This document shows, one piece after another, positions 10,421 to 20,250 of a DNA stretch of 64,000 bases (the first letter of the stretch is position 1; the number at the start of each line of letters is the position of its first letter). The DNA lies in the IMG/VR virus record IMGVR_UViG_3300027714_000011, positions 1 through 64,000 of that record. One strand, 5' to 3'. The stretch is from a virus. The translations under genes and the position numbers were made by a program. The notes beneath the pieces are model-generated. The model searched no databases, was not told the DNA's origin, and saw only the letters and a program-made list of their open reading frames with translations.

Positions 10421-13390
10421 ATGTCTCAATTGAAACTAAAACAAATACTTGAATTCATATCAGATTCACCTGTTACTGGTGATGTACTGGCATATAATTC
10501 GGCGACTGGTAAATACGAAAACGGAGCTCTACCAAATACATTTGGTCTTCGATATAAATATAACACTGCAATTACAGGATCAGTTGCAAATGGTTTTTTC
10601 AGATTTGATGATCCATCATCTCCTACCAATGTAACAATAAGTGAAAGAGATTTATTAGGAAATAACGCAATTCCTTCGTTAGTTGCTATGACAGCGTCTA
10701 CAAATGACAGAAAATCTGTCGTTGTTTTTGCAAGCGCTAACGACGGAAATATATCTAAAACATTTTATGTTAAATCTGTTGCGGTTGGTACAAATGAAAG
10801 AGTATTTGAATTAGAGCCTATATCAAGTTCTAGTTGGGGATTAATGACAAATAATGATGAAACATTCATGTTTATTCAACCTATTGGTAACGTTGGTACA
10901 TCTGGTTCTTCTGGAACTAATGGAACTAATGGAACTAATGGTACATCTGGTTCTTCCGGAACAAACGGGACATCAGGAACTAACGGTACAAACGGAACAT
11001 CGGGAACGAATGGAACTAACGGAACATCGGGAACTAGTGGAACTAACGGATCTTCTGGAATTAATGGTACAAATGGGACATCAGGAATTAATGGTACAAA
11101 TGGGACATCAGGAACTAGTGGAACCAATGGAACGAATGGTTCTTCTGGAACTAATGGAAGTTCAGGAACTAATGGGACATCAGGAGCTAATGGATCAAGC
11201 GGATCATCAGGAACGAATGGAACTAACGGGACATCAGGAATAAATGGAGTAAGTTCTTCTATTGAATTAACAGAAGAAGCTGTTACAGGTCTAGAGGGAA
11301 CTCCAGTTAGTGTTGTAAATGTAGGTACAGAGAGTGCTGCTAAATTAGAGTTTACAATTCCAGTGGGTGCAACAGGTTTACGAGGATTACCTGGAACTCC
11401 AGGAACAAGCGGAAGTTCAGGAACGAATGGTTCTTCAGGAACTAATGGAACTAACGGTACATCAGGTTCTTCAGGAACTGATGGAACTTCAGGAACTGAT
11501 GGATCAAGTGGATCTTCAGGAACTAATGGAACTTCAGGAAATGATGGAACAAGTGGAAGCTCAGGTTCTTCAGGTTCTTCTGGAACTAACGGTACTTCTG
11601 GAACTGATGGAACTTCAGGTTCTTCAGGTTCTTCAGGAACAGACGGAACTAGTGGAACAAACGGAACATCAGGTTCTTCAGGAACTGATGGAAGTTCAGG
11701 TTCTTCAGGAACTAATGGAACTAGTGGAACAAACGGAACTAGTGGAACAAACGGAACATCAGGTTCTTCAGGAACTGATGGAACTAGTGGAACTAACGGT
11801 ACATCAGGAACTGATGGAAGTTCAGGTTCTTCAGGAACGAATGGAACAAGTGGAACTAGTGGAACTAACGGTACATCAGGAACTGATGGAAGTTCAGGTT
11901 CTTCAGGAACGAATGGAACTAACGGAACATCAGGTTCTTCAGGAACTGATGGAAGTTCAGGTTCTTCAGGAACTGATGGAACGAGTGGAACTAACGGTTC
12001 TTCAGGAACTGATGGAAGTTCAGGTTCTTCAGGAACTGATGGAACTAGTGGAACAAACGGAAGTTCAGGTTCTTCAGGAACGAATGGTTCTTCTGGAACT
12101 AACGGTACAAATGGTACATCAGGAACGAATGGTACATCAGGAACTAAAGGTGATCAAGGTAATCCAGGTTGGGGTGTTTCAATGCAAGGACAAGTAGCTA
12201 CATCATCAAATTTGCCAGCTACTGGTAATTCAGATGGTGATGCATATATAGTACAATCAGATGATTCACTTTGGGTATTTACACAAGCCGATGGTTGGAT
12301 TGGAGGTGGTTCTATTCAAGGACCACAAGGTAACGCTGGTACTTCAGGAACGAATGGAACTAACGGAACATCAGGTTCTTCAGGAACTAATGGAACTAGC
12401 GGAAGTTCAGGAACTGATGGAAGTTCAGGTTCTTCAGGAACAAATGGAACTAGTGGAACAAACGGAACTTCTGGTTCTTCAGGAACTGATGGAACTTCTG
12501 GTTCTTCAGGAACTGATGGAACTAGTGGAACAAACGGAACTAGTGGAAGTTCAGGTTCTTCAGGAACAAATGGAACTAGTGGAACAAATGGAACATCAGG
12601 TTCTTCAGGAACGAATGGAACTTCAGGTTCTTCAGGAACAAATGGAACTAGTGGAACAAACGGAAGTTCAGGTTCTTCAGGAACGAATGGTTCTTCTGGA
12701 ACGAATGGAACATCAGGAACAAACGGAACTTCTGGTTCTTCAGGTGTTAATGGTCTTGATGGTGTAGATGGTATCTCTGGAACTTCAGGTGTTAGTGGAA
12801 CTTCAGGTTCTTCAGGAACGAATGGAAGTTCAGGTTCTTCAGGAACGAATGGAACTAGTGGAACGAATGGAAGTTCAGGTTCTTCAGGAACGAATGGAAC
12901 TAGTGGAACGAATGGAAGTTCAGGTTCTTCAGGAACTAATGGAACTAATGGTTCTTCGGGTTCTTCTGGTCTTGACGGTGAAACAGGAACATCTAATACA
13001 TATGCAACTGCAATGAACCAATACACAAATACTGGTTCAGATGTACAGCACGCTGATTTATATTTGACAGGTCGTTTACAAAGAGAAATGATAGTAGCAA
13101 ATAACGGAGCAATTCCAGTACAAACAGGCGATGCCTTCATTATTAATGCAGACGGTGTAGTAACTATCAGTATGACTGGATTAAACACTTCATGTGCTGG
13201 TCAATCAGGAACTATTGTAATCGTCAACAGCGCAGGAGGATCAGATTTTAGCCAATTGCCAGCATATATGTTAACACCATCAGGTGCAGATATAGAATTT
13301 GTAACCGAGCCTTATGCTGTTTCAATTATATCATACCATATATTAAGTCAAACGCAAGTACTTTGTAACTATATAGGCCATTTTGCATAA
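10421..13390 (+). CDS. Collagen-like fibre protein with Gly-Thr/Ser-Ser/Asn/Asp triplets
   Basis: Three G-X-Y tracts (GTSGSSGTNGTD) separated by small domains (VVNVGTESAAKLEFTIP; LPATGNSDGDAYIV) common in phage collagen fibres. Confidence 0.85.
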   Translation: MSQLKLKQILEFISDSPVTGDVLAYNSATGKYENGALPNTFGLRYKYNTAITGSVANGFFRFDDPSSPTNVTISERDLLGNNAIPSLVAMTASTNDRKSVVVFASANDGNISKTFYVKSVAVGTNERVFELEPISSSSWGLMTNNDETFMFIQPIGNVGTSGSSGTNGTNGTNGTSGSSGTNGTSGTNGTNGTSGTNGTNGTSGTSGTNGSSGINGTNGTSGINGTNGTSGTSGTNGTNGSSGTNGSSGTNGTSGANGSSGSSGTNGTNGTSGINGVSSSIELTEEAVTGLEGTPVSVVNVGTESAAKLEFTIPVGATGLRGLPGTPGTSGSSGTNGSSGTNGTNGTSGSSGTDGTSGTDGSSGSSGTNGTSGNDGTSGSSGSSGSSGTNGTSGTDGTSGSSGSSGTDGTSGTNGTSGSSGTDGSSGSSGTNGTSGTNGTSGTNGTSGSSGTDGTSGTNGTSGTDGSSGSSGTNGTSGTSGTNGTSGTDGSSGSSGTNGTNGTSGSSGTDGSSGSSGTDGTSGTNGSSGTDGSSGSSGTDGTSGTNGSSGSSGTNGSSGTNGTNGTSGTNGTSGTKGDQGNPGWGVSMQGQVATSSNLPATGNSDGDAYIVQSDDSLWVFTQADGWIGGGSIQGPQGNAGTSGTNGTNGTSGSSGTNGTSGSSGTDGSSGSSGTNGTSGTNGTSGSSGTDGTSGSSGTDGTSGTNGTSGSSGSSGTNGTSGTNGTSGSSGTNGTSGSSGTNGTSGTNGSSGSSGTNGSSGTNGTSGTNGTSGSSGVNGLDGVDGISGTSGVSGTSGSSGTNGSSGSSGTNGTSGTNGSSGSSGTNGTSGTNGSSGSSGTNGTNGSSGSSGLDGETGTSNTYATAMNQYTNTGSDVQHADLYLTGRLQREMIVANNGAIPVQTGDAFIINADGVVTISMTGLNTSCAGQSGTIVIVNSAGGSDFSQLPAYMLTPSGADIEFVTEPYAVSIISYHILSQTQVLCNYIGHFA

Positions 13391-13418
13391 ACATACACAA
13401 TATAATTAGATATAAGAT

Positions 13419-16400
13419 ATGAAGAATATAGGATTTTCGAAGATTGATTTCTGGAGTACTGGTAGCGGCGTGGGAACAAGTCACACCACAAACAAGAGTA
13501 CTACGACCACGTGGAGCACTAGTAAATCTACTACAGAACAACGAAGCACAACTAGGTCTACTAAAACAGCGTTCAATACTAGTCAATCTACTAGTACTGT
13601 ATGGACAACTACTTGGGCAACTTCAAAGAATACTTCTACTACATGGAATACATCTCATAGTACAACTACTACTTGGGCAACTTCACAAAGTACGACTACT
13701 ACATGGACAACTACATGGACAACTTCAAGAGGCACTGATAGATTAACAGATAAATCAACTACTACTACTTGGACAACTTCAAGGGGTACTGATAGATTAA
13801 CAGATAAATCAACTACAACTTTTTGGACAACTAAATGGAATACTAGTCAGTCAACGTCAACAGTATGGACTACGGTATGGCAAACTAGTTTAGGAACTGA
13901 GAAATCTACTACAACTACATACAATACTTCTTGGACTACATCATGGAATACTAGTCAATCAACAACTACAGTTTATACAAGTGCGTATAACACTTCTTGG
14001 TCTACTAATAGAGGAACATCTAGATCAACTGATCATTCCACGGTTACTGTGTATACGACTACGTGGTCAACATCCAGAGTAACGTCAACTGCATATACTA
14101 CTTATTTTAACACAACATGGTCAACTAGTCAATCTACTGAACATTCCACAGTTACAGTATATACGACTACTTGGTCAACTAGTAAAGGTACTAATAGAGG
14201 AACATCACATTCTACAACAACTACTTGGAATACAAGTAAAGGAACATCACATTCTACAGTTACAACATATACGACTACTTGGTCAACTAGTAAGGGTACT
14301 AGTAGATCAACTAACCACTCGACTACAACTACATTTAATACAAGCCAGTCGACGAGCAGAGCTACGACTACTGTATATACAACTACATGGCAAACTAGTC
14401 GCGGTACTTCTAGGGGTACAGCACATTCAACGACAACTAAATGGAATACTAGTCAGTCAACAAGCAAATCTACAACAACTGCGTATACTACTTACTATAA
14501 TACAACTAGAGGAACTAGTAGAGGAACTAGTAAAGCCACAACAACAACATGGCAAACTAGTAAGGGCACATCACATTCAACAGTGACTGTATATACAACA
14601 ACATGGCAAACTAATCACGGTACTTCTAGAGGCACGGCGCATTCAACAACAACTAAATGGAATACTAGTCAGTCAACAAGTAGAACTACTACAACGTCTT
14701 ATACTACTTATTATAACACAACTAGGGGAACTTCTAGGGGAACTAGCAAAGCTACTACAACTACATGGTCAACGAGTAGAGGTACATCACATTCAACTAC
14801 TACAGCGTATACAACTACGTTTAATACTAGTAGAGCAACAACTACTGCATGGACTACGTCATGGACTACTACTTTTGGAACTAGTAGAGGTACACAACAT
14901 GCAACAACAACTACGTGGACAACAACATGGTCAACGAGTAGAGCTACAACAACTTCATATACAACTACATTTAACACTAGTAGAGGAACTAATAGAGGAA
15001 CTAGTAAATCTACTACAACTACATGGCAAACCAGTAGAGGTACATCACATTCAACTCAGACAACATATAATACTAGTTGGAACACAACTAGGGCTACAAC
15101 AACGTCATATAATACATCGTGGACTACTACGTTTGCAACGACACATTCAACATCTAGAGCCACTACTACGACGTGGGCAACGAGTAGAGGTACATCGCAT
15201 TCAACTACTACAGCGTATACAACTACGTTTAATACTAGTAAAGCAACAACAACTACATGGACTACTTCATGGACAACCACTTATGGAACTAGTAGAGGTA
15301 CGCAACACGCAACAACAACTGCGTGGACAACAACATGGTCAACGAGTAAATCTACAACAACTGCTTATACTACTTATTATAATACAACTAGAGGAACTAG
15401 TAGAGGAACTAGTAAATCTACTACAACCACATGGGGAACTAGTAAAGGTACATCACATTCAACAGTCACAGTGTATAATACTAGTTGGAATACATCTAGA
15501 AACACGACGACTTCATGGACTACTTCATGGACAACTACGTTTGCAACGACCCATTCAACATCTAGAGCCACTACTACAACGTGGAACACCACTAGGGCTA
15601 CAACGACTTCGTGGACTACTTATTATAATACCAGTAGAGGAACTAATAGAGGAACTAGTAAATCTACTACTACGACATGGCAAACTAGTCACGGTACATC
15701 ACGTTCAACAACGACTACGTATAATACTAGTTGGAACACTAGTAAAGCAACAACGACTTCATGGACAACTTCATGGACAACTACGTTTGCAACGACCCAT
15801 TCGACATCTAAAGCCACTACTACGACGTGGCAAACTAGTCGCGGTACATCACGTTCAACAACAACTACGTATAATACTGCTTGGAATACATCTAAAAACA
15901 CGACCACTACATTTAATACAACAGTTTATACCGTATTCGCAACGAGTAGAGGTACATCAAAGTCAACGACTACCAAATATGGTACATCAAAGTCAACGAC
16001 TACCACATTTGGTACATCACATTCAACAACGACTGCATGGGTTGCTTCTAGAGGTACATCTAAGTCTACGACGACACAGTGGAGTACTGCTTGGAATACA
16101 TCTAAGTCTACAACGACTAGGTATAACACTAGTAAATCAACGACTACTGTATGGGCTACTTCTTGGGCGACGTCTAAGTCAACTACGACTACTTGGTTGA
16201 CATCTAGGTCTACGACCACTACGTTTAATACTAGTAAATCAACGACTACTACGTTTAACACTAGTAAATCAACGACTACATCATGGTCGTATAATGTTGG
16301 TACATCTAGAACGACACTTAAACATTATTCTAAAACAACACTTAAGACGTATAATAGATCAACATATATTGATCGAAGTACAGTATATAATACTAGTTGG

Positions 16401-17054
16401 ACACAATCCTCAGCAATCAACACGGCATGGAGTACTAGTTATTATATAAACACAAAATGGACAACAGGTAGAAGCACAGTATCAGAGGAAATAGAGTGTA
16501 TAGTAGAAGGCTCATTAGTGCATATTTCAACAACACAACAAGTTAAAGTTGAAACATTGCAACCAGGTGATCCTATTTTAACATTAGATGGAACGTTCAA
16601 TCTCGATGATGAGGATTTATTATTTGCATTAAAAGAAGACCAACTTTCCGATATAAAATCAAATGATGATTATATATCAGCAATCATGGTTTCTCAAGTT
16701 ACAGGCGTATGCGATATAAACAACGGTTTATTAAAAACAACACTCAATCACATTCATATTGTAAAAAGAACTGTTCCAGATTCAGAAATTAAAAAATGGA
16801 TTGCAATAGAAGGTTATCAACTAGTGGTTGGTGATATTTTATGGCACATCACTAATGGAGAAATTCCTATAACATCAGTAGCAGTAGACGAAACAAACAT
16901 ATATACTGTATATAAACTAGACGTTGAACCAAATGATGTCTTTTATGCTAACGGTATTTTAACGCATAACAGGAAATGTGATCCGGAGGAATATTGCAAC
17001 CGCCGCAATATATGTTACGATCGATCAAAATGTTTGGACGATGGACAGTTTTAA
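13419..17054 (+). CDS. Giant Thr/Ser-rich repeat protein A with C-terminal Hint domain and Cys-rich tail
   Basis: About 1000 aa of T/S repeats with W/Y/F or R/K/H/Q anchors every 4 or 6 residues, then Hint domain and a 27-aa tail with 4 Cys. Confidence 0.9.
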   Translation: MKNIGFSKIDFWSTGSGVGTSHTTNKSTTTTWSTSKSTTEQRSTTRSTKTAFNTSQSTSTVWTTTWATSKNTSTTWNTSHSTTTTWATSQSTTTTWTTTWTTSRGTDRLTDKSTTTTWTTSRGTDRLTDKSTTTFWTTKWNTSQSTSTVWTTVWQTSLGTEKSTTTTYNTSWTTSWNTSQSTTTVYTSAYNTSWSTNRGTSRSTDHSTVTVYTTTWSTSRVTSTAYTTYFNTTWSTSQSTEHSTVTVYTTTWSTSKGTNRGTSHSTTTTWNTSKGTSHSTVTTYTTTWSTSKGTSRSTNHSTTTTFNTSQSTSRATTTVYTTTWQTSRGTSRGTAHSTTTKWNTSQSTSKSTTTAYTTYYNTTRGTSRGTSKATTTTWQTSKGTSHSTVTVYTTTWQTNHGTSRGTAHSTTTKWNTSQSTSRTTTTSYTTYYNTTRGTSRGTSKATTTTWSTSRGTSHSTTTAYTTTFNTSRATTTAWTTSWTTTFGTSRGTQHATTTTWTTTWSTSRATTTSYTTTFNTSRGTNRGTSKSTTTTWQTSRGTSHSTQTTYNTSWNTTRATTTSYNTSWTTTFATTHSTSRATTTTWATSRGTSHSTTTAYTTTFNTSKATTTTWTTSWTTTYGTSRGTQHATTTAWTTTWSTSKSTTTAYTTYYNTTRGTSRGTSKSTTTTWGTSKGTSHSTVTVYNTSWNTSRNTTTSWTTSWTTTFATTHSTSRATTTTWNTTRATTTSWTTYYNTSRGTNRGTSKSTTTTWQTSHGTSRSTTTTYNTSWNTSKATTTSWTTSWTTTFATTHSTSKATTTTWQTSRGTSRSTTTTYNTAWNTSKNTTTTFNTTVYTVFATSRGTSKSTTTKYGTSKSTTTTFGTSHSTTTAWVASRGTSKSTTTQWSTAWNTSKSTTTRYNTSKSTTTVWATSWATSKSTTTTWLTSRSTTTTFNTSKSTTTTFNTSKSTTTSWSYNVGTSRTTLKHYSKTTLKTYNRSTYIDRSTVYNTSWTQSSAINTAWSTSYYINTKWTTGRSTVSEEIECIVEGSLVHISTTQQVKVETLQPGDPILTLDGTFNLDDEDLLFALKEDQLSDIKSNDDYISAIMVSQVTGVCDINNGLLKTTLNHIHIVKRTVPDSEIKKWIAIEGYQLVVGDILWHITNGEIPITSVAVDETNIYTVYKLDVEPNDVFYANGILTHNRKCDPEEYCNRRNICYDRSKCLDDGQF
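16497..16970 (+). other. Hint (intein-like) autoprocessing domain in protein A
   Basis: Block A CIVEGSLV (Cys1027), block B TTLNH, block F VYKLDVEPNDVFYANG, block G ILTHN followed by Arg; 158 aa, no endonuclease. Confidence 0.9.
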
Positions 17055-17093
17055 ATAAAAGAAAAAGAAAAAGAAAAAGACTTAAATAATTAG

Positions 17094-20000
17094 ATGGCAT
17101 CATACACTACATATTGGAGCGCTTCGAGAAGTGAAATAAGATACAGGAATACCTATCAAAATACTGCGATAGATCAAACTTATAGTAGGTCTACTTCCCA
17201 TACTACAAGGGTCTATTACAACACGTCATGGACTGCTAACGCAACAACGTCATGGACTGCTAACGTGACCACCGAATGGGCCACTTCATATTCAGCATCT
17301 AAGTCTACAACGACTACGTTTAATACATCTAAGTCTACAACGACTACGTTTAATACATCTAAGTCTACAACGACTACGTTTAATACATCTAAGGCCACCA
17401 CTACAGCATGGACTGCAAGTAGAAATACTAGTAGAGCTACTACAACTACATATATTACATCTAAGGCAACCACTACGGCGTGGACTGCAAAACGTAATAC
17501 AACTAGAGCAACGACGACTTCATGGACTACTTCTTGGAATACTTCTAAGGCTACAACGACTTCGTACAGCACATCTAGAAACACAACGACTTCGTATAAT
17601 ACAACGCATTCAACTACTACATCATATAGCACTTATTGGAATACAGCTAGAAATACAACTAGGAGTACTAGTAAAAGTACCTCAACTACATGGTCAACTA
17701 GTCAAAGCACATCGCATTCAACGACTACGTCGTATACGACTTATTATAATACTAGTAAATCAACGACTACGACATATAACACAACATATAACACAACTAG
17801 GGGAACTAATAGAGGAACTAGTAAAACTACCACAACGACATGGTCAACTAGCCAATCTACTAAGCGTTCAACGACTACATCATATACGACTTATTATAAT
17901 ACTAGTAGAGCAACAACTACTGCATGGACTACGTCATGGACAACTACCTTTCAAACTAACAAAGGTACATCGCGTTCAACAACGACTACGTTTAACACTA
18001 GTAGATCAACGACTACGACATATAACACAACATATAACACAACTAGAGGTACATCTAGGGGAACTAGTAAATCTACAGGGACTACTTGGTCAACTAGCCA
18101 ATCTACTAAGCATTCAACGACTACTTCGTATACGACTTATTATAATACTAGTAGAGCAACAACTACTTCATGGACTACTTCATGGGTAACTACTTTTGGA
18201 ACTAGTAGAGGTACATCACATTCGACAACAACTACGTTTAATACTAACCAATCAACTAGTAAATCTACAACTACGAAGTATACTACGTATTACAATACGA
18301 GTAGAGGTACATCTAGAGGAACTAGTAAATCTACAACAACCACGTGGGCAACAAGTAGAGGTACATCACATTCAACGACTACGTCTTATACAACTACGTT
18401 TAATACTAGTAAATCAACGACTACGACGTTTAATACAACATATAACACGGCTAGAGGTACATCTAGGGGAACTAGTAAATCTACCACAACTACATGGTCA
18501 ACTAGTCAAAGTACTAAGCATTCAACGACTACTTCGTATACGACTTATTATAACACTAGTAAAGCAACGACGACTTCATGGACTACATCATGGACAACTA
18601 CTTTTGGAACTAGTAGAGGTACATCGCACTCGACAACGACTACGTTTAATACTAACCAATCAACTAGTAAATCTACAACTACGAAGTATACTACGTATTA
18701 CAATACGAGTAGAGGTACATCTAGAGGAACTAGTAAATCTACCACAACTACATGGGCAACTAGTAGAGGTACATCACATTCAACGACTACATCTTATACA
18801 ACTACGTTTAATACTAACCAATCAACAACGACTGCATGGACTACTTCATGGGTAACTACTTTTGGAACTAGTAGAGGTACATCACATTCGACAACAACTA
18901 CGTTTAATACTTCATGGCAAACAAGTAGAGCTACAACAACATCTTATACTACTTCATGGACTACATATTACAATACAAGTAGAAGTACAGAACATTCAAC
19001 TACTACATCGTATACGACTAAGTTTAACACTAGTAACTCAACGACGACTTCATGGACTACTTCATGGGTAACTACTTTTGGAACTAGTAGAGGTACATCG
19101 CATGCAACGACTACTGTATGGACTACTTCATGGCAAACGAGTAGAGCTACAACAACAGCTTATACTACTTCATGGACTACATATTACAATACAAGTAGAA
19201 GTACAGAACATTCGACAACAACCGTATTCAATACAACATGGTCAACAAGTAAAGCTACAACAACAGCTTATACTACTTCATGGACTACGACATTTAATAC
19301 TAATCAAAGTACAAAACATTCAACTACTACGTCTTATACAACTACGTTTAATACTAGTAAATCAACGACTACGTCATATACTACTTCGTGGACCACGACG
19401 TTTAATACGAATAAATCTACTAGTCATTCAACGACTACTGTGTATACAACTAGTTGGAATACATCTAGGGGAACAAGTAGAGGTACGGAGCATTCAACAA
19501 CAACCACATTTAACACTAATCAGTCTACTGAACATAGTACAACTACAACATACTCGACATCGTGGACGACTTCATGGAACACTAGTCAATCCACTAGTCA
19601 TTCAACGACACATAGTACAACTACTATTTGGGGTACTTCTTTAGGAACAAGTAGATCTACTAATCACTCAACGACAACAACATGGACAACATATTGGAAT
19701 ACTAGTCGAGTTGAGTCGCGTAACACTACGACTACGTGGGTGACACAAGATCAAACAAGTCAGTCAACTGTAACTGAGTGGACAACTTCATGGACAACTT
19801 CATGGAACACAAGTCAATCTACGGTAACTACGTGGACAACTTCATGGACAACTTCATGGAAAACAAGTCAATCTACTAATAAAAGTACAATGACTACGTG
19901 GAACACAACTAAGTCTACTGCGACAGTGTATACAACATCTAGAGTTACTTCTACAACGTGGAATACAAGTCAGTCAACTAATAAAAATACGACAACAACA

Positions 20001-20222
20001 TGGTCGACTTTATATGATGTGACTACTACTTGGACCACGTCTTGGAACACCACTACTACATGGAATACAACTAAAGCTACCACTACCAATTGGACAACGA
20101 GTTATTCAACTGAATACGAAGCAAGAAGAACATGGTATGGAAAAGTCCACACAGGACATGAGATATTCCCTTACGCTACAGTACAACAGTGGAGAGTCAA
20201 TTCTTATTTAGGTCGACCATAG
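17094..20222 (+). CDS. Giant Thr/Ser-rich repeat protein B, antiparallel complement of protein A
   Basis: Same repeat grammar; anchor pattern is the reversed, class-swapped pattern of protein A. Confidence 0.9.
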   Translation: MASYTTYWSASRSEIRYRNTYQNTAIDQTYSRSTSHTTRVYYNTSWTANATTSWTANVTTEWATSYSASKSTTTTFNTSKSTTTTFNTSKSTTTTFNTSKATTTAWTASRNTSRATTTTYITSKATTTAWTAKRNTTRATTTSWTTSWNTSKATTTSYSTSRNTTTSYNTTHSTTTSYSTYWNTARNTTRSTSKSTSTTWSTSQSTSHSTTTSYTTYYNTSKSTTTTYNTTYNTTRGTNRGTSKTTTTTWSTSQSTKRSTTTSYTTYYNTSRATTTAWTTSWTTTFQTNKGTSRSTTTTFNTSRSTTTTYNTTYNTTRGTSRGTSKSTGTTWSTSQSTKHSTTTSYTTYYNTSRATTTSWTTSWVTTFGTSRGTSHSTTTTFNTNQSTSKSTTTKYTTYYNTSRGTSRGTSKSTTTTWATSRGTSHSTTTSYTTTFNTSKSTTTTFNTTYNTARGTSRGTSKSTTTTWSTSQSTKHSTTTSYTTYYNTSKATTTSWTTSWTTTFGTSRGTSHSTTTTFNTNQSTSKSTTTKYTTYYNTSRGTSRGTSKSTTTTWATSRGTSHSTTTSYTTTFNTNQSTTTAWTTSWVTTFGTSRGTSHSTTTTFNTSWQTSRATTTSYTTSWTTYYNTSRSTEHSTTTSYTTKFNTSNSTTTSWTTSWVTTFGTSRGTSHATTTVWTTSWQTSRATTTAYTTSWTTYYNTSRSTEHSTTTVFNTTWSTSKATTTAYTTSWTTTFNTNQSTKHSTTTSYTTTFNTSKSTTTSYTTSWTTTFNTNKSTSHSTTTVYTTSWNTSRGTSRGTEHSTTTTFNTNQSTEHSTTTTYSTSWTTSWNTSQSTSHSTTHSTTTIWGTSLGTSRSTNHSTTTTWTTYWNTSRVESRNTTTTWVTQDQTSQSTVTEWTTSWTTSWNTSQSTVTTWTTSWTTSWKTSQSTNKSTMTTWNTTKSTATVYTTSRVTSTTWNTSQSTNKNTTTTWSTLYDVTTTWTTSWNTTTTWNTTKATTTNWTTSYSTEYEARRTWYGKVHTGHEIFPYATVQQWRVNSYLGRP

Positions 20223-20250
20223 TCTGCTAAAATAATTTAGATAAATAATT

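Noticed and set aside
16497-16970. Mobile intein with homing endonuclease
   Set aside because: Only 158 aa, no LAGLIDADG or HNH motifs, and the +1 residue is Arg
4378-19644. Long alternative-frame and antisense ORFs (MELKVIK..., VPLVPEEP..., LQQLHG..., VVVAL...)
   Set aside because: Stop-poor shadows of repetitive collagen and Thr/Ser coding sequence, with no independent starts or promoters
10896-20105. CRISPR array or non-coding satellite
   Set aside because: Repeats are in frame, degenerate at third codon positions and have no repeat-spacer structure
13419-20222. DNA-level inverted repeat as the cause of the A/B mirror pattern
   Set aside because: Both genes are on the + strand with the same ACN-rich codon bias, and their reverse complements encode Val-rich junk; the complementarity exists only in the proteins. 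Frequent ACTAGT palindromes are Thr-Ser codons.
13419-20222. Ice-binding beta-solenoid or disordered mucin-like interpretation
   Set aside because: No constant-length coil period, and neither model explains the long-range antiparallel complementarity; ice or glycan binding by the Thr face is still possible
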